A DNA stretch of 57,737 nucleotides. It comes from Bacteroidales bacterium. Its GTDB lineage: Bacteria > Bacteroidota > Bacteroidia > Bacteroidales > FEN-979. The notes below the pieces were generated by a model that did no database searches, was not told the DNA's origin, and saw nothing but the letters and a program-made list of their open reading frames with translations. Of the stretch, positions 53,103 through 57,737 are shown piece by piece (the first letter of the stretch is position 1; the number at the start of each line of letters is the position of its first letter). Position numbers and translations under genes: made by a program. The stretch lies in contig DAIRDK010000001.1 of assembly GCA_036796175.1 (NCBI GenBank), positions 1 through 57,737 on the forward strand, read 5' to 3'.

Positions 53103-54161
53103 ATGCTTTTCAGGGATATCCCCGGACAGGAAGAGATCAAGCGGAAGCTGGCGCAGACCATCGCGGACCAGCGGGTCAGCCATGCCCAGCTGTTCTATGG
53201 CCCGGAGGGATCGGGGAACCTGGAGCTGGCGATCGCATACGCGCAGCTGCTTAATTGCAGGGAGCAGGGGGCAGGGGGCAGGGAGCAGGGAGCTGAAGCG
53301 TGTGGGGTTTGCCCGTCATGTCAGCAGTACCAAAAATTGGCCCATCCCGATCTGCATTTCGTTTTTCCCAATAACACCACCAAGCGGGTGACGAAAAACC
53401 CGTCGAGCAAGATGTTCGTTATCGAGTGGAGGAAATTCCTGCTGGAACACGATTATACGGTCACGCTCAACGAGTGGTTTGAAGAGCTTGGGATCGAGAA
53501 CAAGCAGGGGGTGATCAATGCTCGGGACGCTGAAGAGATCATCCACACGCTGAGCTATAAAAGCTACGAGTCGGAATACAAGGTGATGATCATCTGGATG
53601 GTGGAAAAACTCTATCACTCCGCAGCGCCCAAGCTCCTTAAGATCCTCGAGGAGCCGCCTGAAAAGACCCTCTTCATCCTGGTTTCCGAAGATCCGGCCC
53701 AGGTGCTGCCTACCATTTTCTCCCGATGTCTCCCCGTGCGGATCCCGGCCCGGGAACTGCAACTTTCCGGGGTTAGCGAGGAGCGCCAGTACAACTACGA
53801 AACATTCAGGCGATGGATGCAGTCATGCTATAGCGGCAAACTGGCCGATCTGATCACCTTTGCCTCCGAGGTGGCCAAGACGGGCAGGGAACGGCAAAAG
53901 AGCCTGCTGCAATACGGCCTTCAAACAGCCAGGCAATGCGCTTCATACAAATATACCGGCACCCTGCCCGGCCTGACCGGCCCCGAACAGGAGTTCATTA
54001 AAAAATTCAGCCCGTTCTTCCCCGCCGAAAACCTGGGACAGTTCCATGAACTATTTCATCCCGCCGTGTACCACCTCGAACGTAACGCACACGCTGCCAC
54101 CCTGTTTCTTGATCTCTCACTCAACATGGTCAGGTATTTCCAGCCATTCAGGCAACGCTAG
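53103..54161 (+). CDS. holB: DNA polymerase III delta-prime subunit
   Basis: Start taken at MLFRDIPGQEEIK. AAA+ motif HAQLFYGPEGSGN, zinc module CGVCPSC, and KLLKILEEPP. Confidence 0.85.
   Translation: MLFRDIPGQEEIKRKLAQTIADQRVSHAQLFYGPEGSGNLELAIAYAQLLNCREQGAGGREQGAEACGVCPSCQQYQKLAHPDLHFVFPNNTTKRVTKNPSSKMFVIEWRKFLLEHDYTVTLNEWFEELGIENKQGVINARDAEEIIHTLSYKSYESEYKVMIIWMVEKLYHSAAPKLLKILEEPPEKTLFILVSEDPAQVLPTIFSRCLPVRIPARELQLSGVSEERQYNYETFRRWMQSCYSGKLADLITFASEVAKTGRERQKSLLQYGLQTARQCASYKYTGTLPGLTGPEQEFIKKFSPFFPAENLGQFHELFHPAVYHLERNAHAATLFLDLSLNMVRYFQPFRQR
53258..53299. repeat. six tandem heptamers GCAGGG[GA] (last copy degenerate) in frame inside holB
   Basis: gcaggga gcagggg gcagggg gcaggga gcaggga gctgaag. 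Encodes REQGAGGREQGAEA between LNC and CGVCPSC. Confidence 0.9.
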
Positions 54162-54205
54162 GTCAACTGTTAATTTTTGTACATTTGCAGGTTTACTTGC
54201 AAAAC

Positions 54206-55330
54206 ATGGACGAATTCGAATTATTCTCCCCCAAATATATTCCCCATTCTTTCCTGACGCGCGGTTGCAGCCAGCCTCCGAAACCATACCAGAAGAATGA
54301 CGGATTGTACCAGCATCGTTGCAGCAAATTCGACGTGCATGACTGGCTTGGAATGATCCCTCCCGTGCCGGGACATAAGGTCACAGATGTGGTGGAGGTG
54401 CGGTTCAAGAACAGCCGGAAGGATTTCTACCGCGTCCCTCCGGACCTGGACCTCAAGGTGGGCGAGATCGTTGCCGTTGAGGCGTCTCCCGGCCACGACC
54501 TTGGGATCGTCAGCCTGGCTGGTGACCTGGTGTTTTTTCAGCTCCGCAAGAAAAAGATCGACCCCGTCTCCGCCGAACTGAAGAAAGTATATCGTCGTGC
54601 CAAACTGACGGATATTGAAAAATGGGTCGGCGCGGTAGAGTATGAAACCGGCACCCTGTATAAATCCCGTACCATAGCAGAATCCCTGGGATTGGTCATG
54701 AAGATAAATGACGTTGAATACCAGGGAGATAACACAAAAGCCATTTTTTATTACACCGCTGAAGACCGTGTGGATTTCAGGGAATTGATTAAAAAACTGG
54801 CCGAAGAGTTCAAAGTGAGGATCGAGATGCGGCAGATCGGCGCCCGGCAGGAAGCCAGCCGTCTCGGCGGGATCGGCTCCTGCGGAAGGGAACTCTGTTG
54901 CGCGACCTGGCTGAGCGATTTCCATTCCGTAACCACTCAGGCCGCCCGGGTTCAGCAGCTGGCGCTGAACCCGCAGAAGCTGGCCGGTCAGTGCGGCAAG
55001 CTGAAATGCTGCCTGAATTACGAATATGATTCGTACGTGGATGCCCTCAAAGATTTCCCCGATACGGAAGTTCAGCTGAAGACCAAAAAAGGCGATGCCG
55101 CCGTTCAGAAGGTGGACATCTTTGGAAAGACCATCTGGTACGCTTACAAAGACGATCCGTCCAACCTGATTCCCATCCCGGCCGACAGCGTTGTACAGAT
55201 CATCGAAGACAACCGGAAGGGGAACCTGCCGGAACAGCTGGAGGATTTTGCACGGCCTTCGGAAACGGAATCAGAGACCGATACCCTGTCCCCCGGTGAA
55301 GAAGACCTTTACCGGTTTGATCAGTTGTAA
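54206..55330 (+). CDS. PSP1-domain protein (YaaT/RicT-like)
   Basis: PSP1 C-terminal domain (NTKAIFYYTAEDRVDFRELIKKLAEEFKVRIEMRQIG). The start could be 54185 or 54206. Confidence 0.8.
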   Translation: MDEFELFSPKYIPHSFLTRGCSQPPKPYQKNDGLYQHRCSKFDVHDWLGMIPPVPGHKVTDVVEVRFKNSRKDFYRVPPDLDLKVGEIVAVEASPGHDLGIVSLAGDLVFFQLRKKKIDPVSAELKKVYRRAKLTDIEKWVGAVEYETGTLYKSRTIAESLGLVMKINDVEYQGDNTKAIFYYTAEDRVDFRELIKKLAEEFKVRIEMRQIGARQEASRLGGIGSCGRELCCATWLSDFHSVTTQAARVQQLALNPQKLAGQCGKLKCCLNYEYDSYVDALKDFPDTEVQLKTKKGDAAVQKVDIFGKTIWYAYKDDPSNLIPIPADSVVQIIEDNRKGNLPEQLEDFARPSETESETDTLSPGEEDLYRFDQL

Positions 55331-55345
55331 GACGTAAATCAGCTG

Positions 55346-55837
55346 TTGATGAGGATCTCACAGATCATATTGCCTGCATTTGCTATCCTGGCCATCGTTG
55401 CGTTCGTATCCTGCCACAGCAACCGCTTCTACGAAGCGAACCGGGCTATTGACAAAGCAGCCTGGGCTGCATACAACAACATGGCTTTCGCTGTCGTTAT
55501 TGATGACACCAATGCACGGTACGACTTTTACCTGAATATCCGGAACGACGTGAATTATCCTTTCAGCAACCTGTTCCTCTTCCTGAAAACGACATTCCCC
55601 GACCAAGGGATTGCCAGGGATACCATCGAATGCCTGCTTTCGGCCCCGGACGGCAAGTGGCTGGGTTCCGGGATGGGCAGTGTGCGGTTCAACCGGTTCC
55701 TGTTCCAGGAGGGCGTGCGGTTTCGCAAAGCGGGGACCTATGTATTTGAACTTCAACAAGGTATGCGTGTTGATCCGTTGAAAGGGATCCGTGATGTCGG
55801 GATCCGCATCGACAAACACCCGGCAGTAACGCAATAG
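55346..55837 (+). CDS. gldH: gliding-motility lipoprotein GldH
   Basis: Lipoprotein signal (AIVAFVSC). GldH-like body (YDFYLNIRNDVNYPFSNLFLFL). It has the conserved PSP1-gldH-PBP1A neighbourhood. Confidence 0.8.
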   Translation: MMRISQIILPAFAILAIVAFVSCHSNRFYEANRAIDKAAWAAYNNMAFAVVIDDTNARYDFYLNIRNDVNYPFSNLFLFLKTTFPDQGIARDTIECLLSAPDGKWLGSGMGSVRFNRFLFQEGVRFRKAGTYVFELQQGMRVDPLKGIRDVGIRIDKHPAVTQ

Positions 55838-55840
55838 GAG

Positions 55841-57737
55841 ATGGGAGCGAGAGGACATACGAACATTCCGGAATCAAAGGTCAGGAAGTACATCCGGGGC
55901 CTCTGGATCACCTTCTTTTCGCTGGTGGTGTTCGTTATCCTGCTGTTCATCACCATAGCCCTCGGGGTGTTCGGCAAGATGCCCAGTTTTGAAGAGCTGG
56001 AAAACCCGAAGAGCAGCCTGGCTTCCGAAGTGTATTCGGCCGACGGCAAAGTGCTGGGGAAGTATTTTATCGAGAACCGTTCCAATATCCATTACGACGA
56101 CCTGTCACCGAATATCGTGAACGCCTTGATCGCCACGGAGGATGCCCGTTTTGAGCGGCATTCCGGGATCGACATCAAGGCCATCTTCCGGGTCGCTTTC
56201 GGCGTGCTCACGGGAACCTCCAAAGGCGGTGGCAGCACCATCACCCAACAGCTGGCCAAGAACCTCTTCCCGCGAAAACCGGATTACTCCTTCCCTGAGC
56301 TGGTGGTGATGAAACTCAAAGAATGGGTGACGGCCATCAAGCTGGAGCGCAATTACTCGAAGGACGAGATCCTGGCCATGTATCTCAATACGGTGGATTT
56401 CGGAAGCCAGTCGTTCGGCATCAAGTCGGCCGCCAAAACCTATTTCAACAAGACTCCTGCCGAGCTTAAGGCGGAAGAGGCGGCCCTGTTGATCGGGATC
56501 CTGCAGCGGCCGAGCTGGCTCAGCCCGGTCAAGCATCCCGAACGCGCCCTGGAGCGGAGGAACATCGTACTGGGTCAGATGGAAAAGTACGATTACCTGA
56601 CCGAAGCGGAGTTTGACTCGCTGAAGCAGATCCCCATCGATATGTCGGATTACCGGATCCAGGATCATACCGCCGGACTGGCAACCTATTTCCGGGAATA
56701 TCTCCGGATGGCCCTGACCGATTGGTGCAACAGCCATTCCAAATCCGACGGCACGCCGTACAATCTTTACCGTGATGGTCTGAAGATATACACGACCATC
56801 AACTCCAAAATGCAGGAGTATGCCGAAAAGGCGGTCAGGGATTACCTTGCAAAAGAGCTTCAGCCGCTGTTCTTCCGTCACTGGAAAGGATACGCCAATG
56901 CCCCTTTTGTTTTTGAGAAGAGCGTGGAGAAGAAAGAAATCAGGAATTTGATGATGCAGGCCATGCGGCGGACTGACCGCTACTACCGCCTGAAGCGTCA
57001 GAACCTCACGGACGATGCGATCCTGGAGAACTTCCAGGAACCTGTGCAGATGCAGGTCTTCTCCTGGAACGGACCTGTCGATACGGTCATGTCGCCCTGG
57101 GATTCGATCCGTTATTATAAATTCTTCCTGCAGGCCGGGCTGATGTCGGTCGATCCCCACACGGGATTTGTCAAGGCGTATGTCGGGGGCATTGATAACC
57201 GGTACTTCCAGTTCGACCATGTGAAGATGAGCAAGCGGCAAGTGGGTTCCACTTTCAAGCCTTTCCTGTACACCCTGGCGATGCAGGAGGGTGAAACCCC
57301 GTGCACGAAATACCCGAACATTCAGCCTGTCATCGAACTCTGGAACGGGGATGTGTGGGCTCCTGAGAATTCCAGCGAGGAACGGAGAGGCGAGGAGGTG
57401 ACCCTGAAGTGGGCCCTGGCGAACTCAAACAACTGGATTTCGGGACAGCTGATGAAGAAATACTCCCCGCAGGATGTGATCACGATCGCCCGGAAGATGG
57501 GCATAACCAGTTATATTCCGCCGGTATACTCCATTGCGCTCGGTTCAGCCGACCTGACGTTGTATGAGATGACAGGTGCCATGGCCACTTTTGCCAACAA
57601 AGGGCTTTGGGTGGAACCGATCTTCATCACCCGGATCGAAGACCGCAACGGCAACGTACTGGAACAGTTCGTTCCGAAACAGCAGGAAGCGATCAGCGAG
57701 GAGACCGCCTGGCTGATGATCCAGCTGATGAAAGGGG
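55841..57737 (+). CDS. mrcA: penicillin-binding protein 1A (GT51 transglycosylase plus transpeptidase), 3' end outside the window
   Basis: Own translation: MGARGHTNIPESKVRKYIRGLW, then a TM segment. GT51 motifs EDARFERHSGID and GGSTITQQLAKN are present. The transpeptidase motif STFKP (around 57250) is in the same frame. Absent from the ORF track because no stop is reached. Confidence 0.9.
   Translation, partial: MGARGHTNIPESKVRKYIRGLWITFFSLVVFVILLFITIALGVFGKMPSFEELENPKSSLASEVYSADGKVLGKYFIENRSNIHYDDLSPNIVNALIATEDARFERHSGIDIKAIFRVAFGVLTGTSKGGGSTITQQLAKNLFPRKPDYSFPELVVMKLKEWVTAIKLERNYSKDEILAMYLNTVDFGSQSFGIKSAAKTYFNKTPAELKAEEAALLIGILQRPSWLSPVKHPERALERRNIVLGQMEKYDYLTEAEFDSLKQIPIDMSDYRIQDHTAGLATYFREYLRMALTDWCNSHSKSDGTPYNLYRDGLKIYTTINSKMQEYAEKAVRDYLAKELQPLFFRHWKGYANAPFVFEKSVEKKEIRNLMMQAMRRTDRYYRLKRQNLTDDAILENFQEPVQMQVFSWNGPVDTVMSPWDSIRYYKFFLQAGLMSVDPHTGFVKAYVGGIDNRYFQFDHVKMSKRQVGSTFKPFLYTLAMQEGETPCTKYPNIQPVIELWNGDVWAPENSSEERRGEEVTLKWALANSNNWISGQLMKKYSPQDVITIARKMGITSYIPPVYSIALGSADLTLYEMTGAMATFANKGLWVEPIFITRIEDRNGNVLEQFVPKQQEAISEETAWLMIQLMKG

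Overview
This looks like a chromosomal segment of a Bacteroidota genome. The inference rests on T9SS C-terminal sorting domains, gldH next to PSP1 and PBP1A, DUF4492-cydAB, an ECF sigma with a FecR/DUF4974 anti-sigma, an frdCAB-type succinate dehydrogenase, and TAnnTTTG promoter boxes. Background GC is about 55-57% from hand counts of a few 60-nt lines. I call about 56 protein genes and 2 tRNAs (Ala-CGC, Lys-CTT). I saw no rRNA, CRISPR array, transposase, integrase or phage genes. Housekeeping blocks are cydAB, aspA, meaB, terC, a glutamine synthetase, hsp20, yicC-gmk-nadD, pepP-like, sdhCAB, holB, and PSP1-gldH-PBP1A. PBP1A runs off the 3' edge and is missing from the supplied ORF track. I found no recognisable defence or toxin system; the candidates for something undescribed are these four. 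(1) An ECF sigma/FecR module is translationally coupled to an STN-domain outer-membrane protein. That protein carries nine 16-residue repeats plus a small C-terminal beta-rich domain where a TonB-dependent plug and barrel would be expected. (2) A family of about 75-100 nt hairpin elements is built from GGTAAAAT-type 8-mer words with CAAATGG/CCATTTG termini. Two copies are direct repeats bracketing a low-GC 1.2-kb insert. The insert carries a four-helix-bundle (23S-IVS/Avd-like) gene, and a second paralog with the same conserved leader sits 5.5 kb away beside tRNA-Lys. (3) Heptamer and octamer tandem arrays are pervasive in intergenic spacers. They also occur in frame inside meaB, holB and a DUF2062::SDR fusion. 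(4) Several uncharacterised operons are present: S41 peptidase-membrane protein-DUF1846, a T9SS PQQ-dehydrogenase/TMTC-like/MFS set, a cupin/Tat-hemerythrin/TPR set, and a cysteine-ladder membrane protein behind an octamer array. All domain calls come from motif recognition by eye, without database searches.
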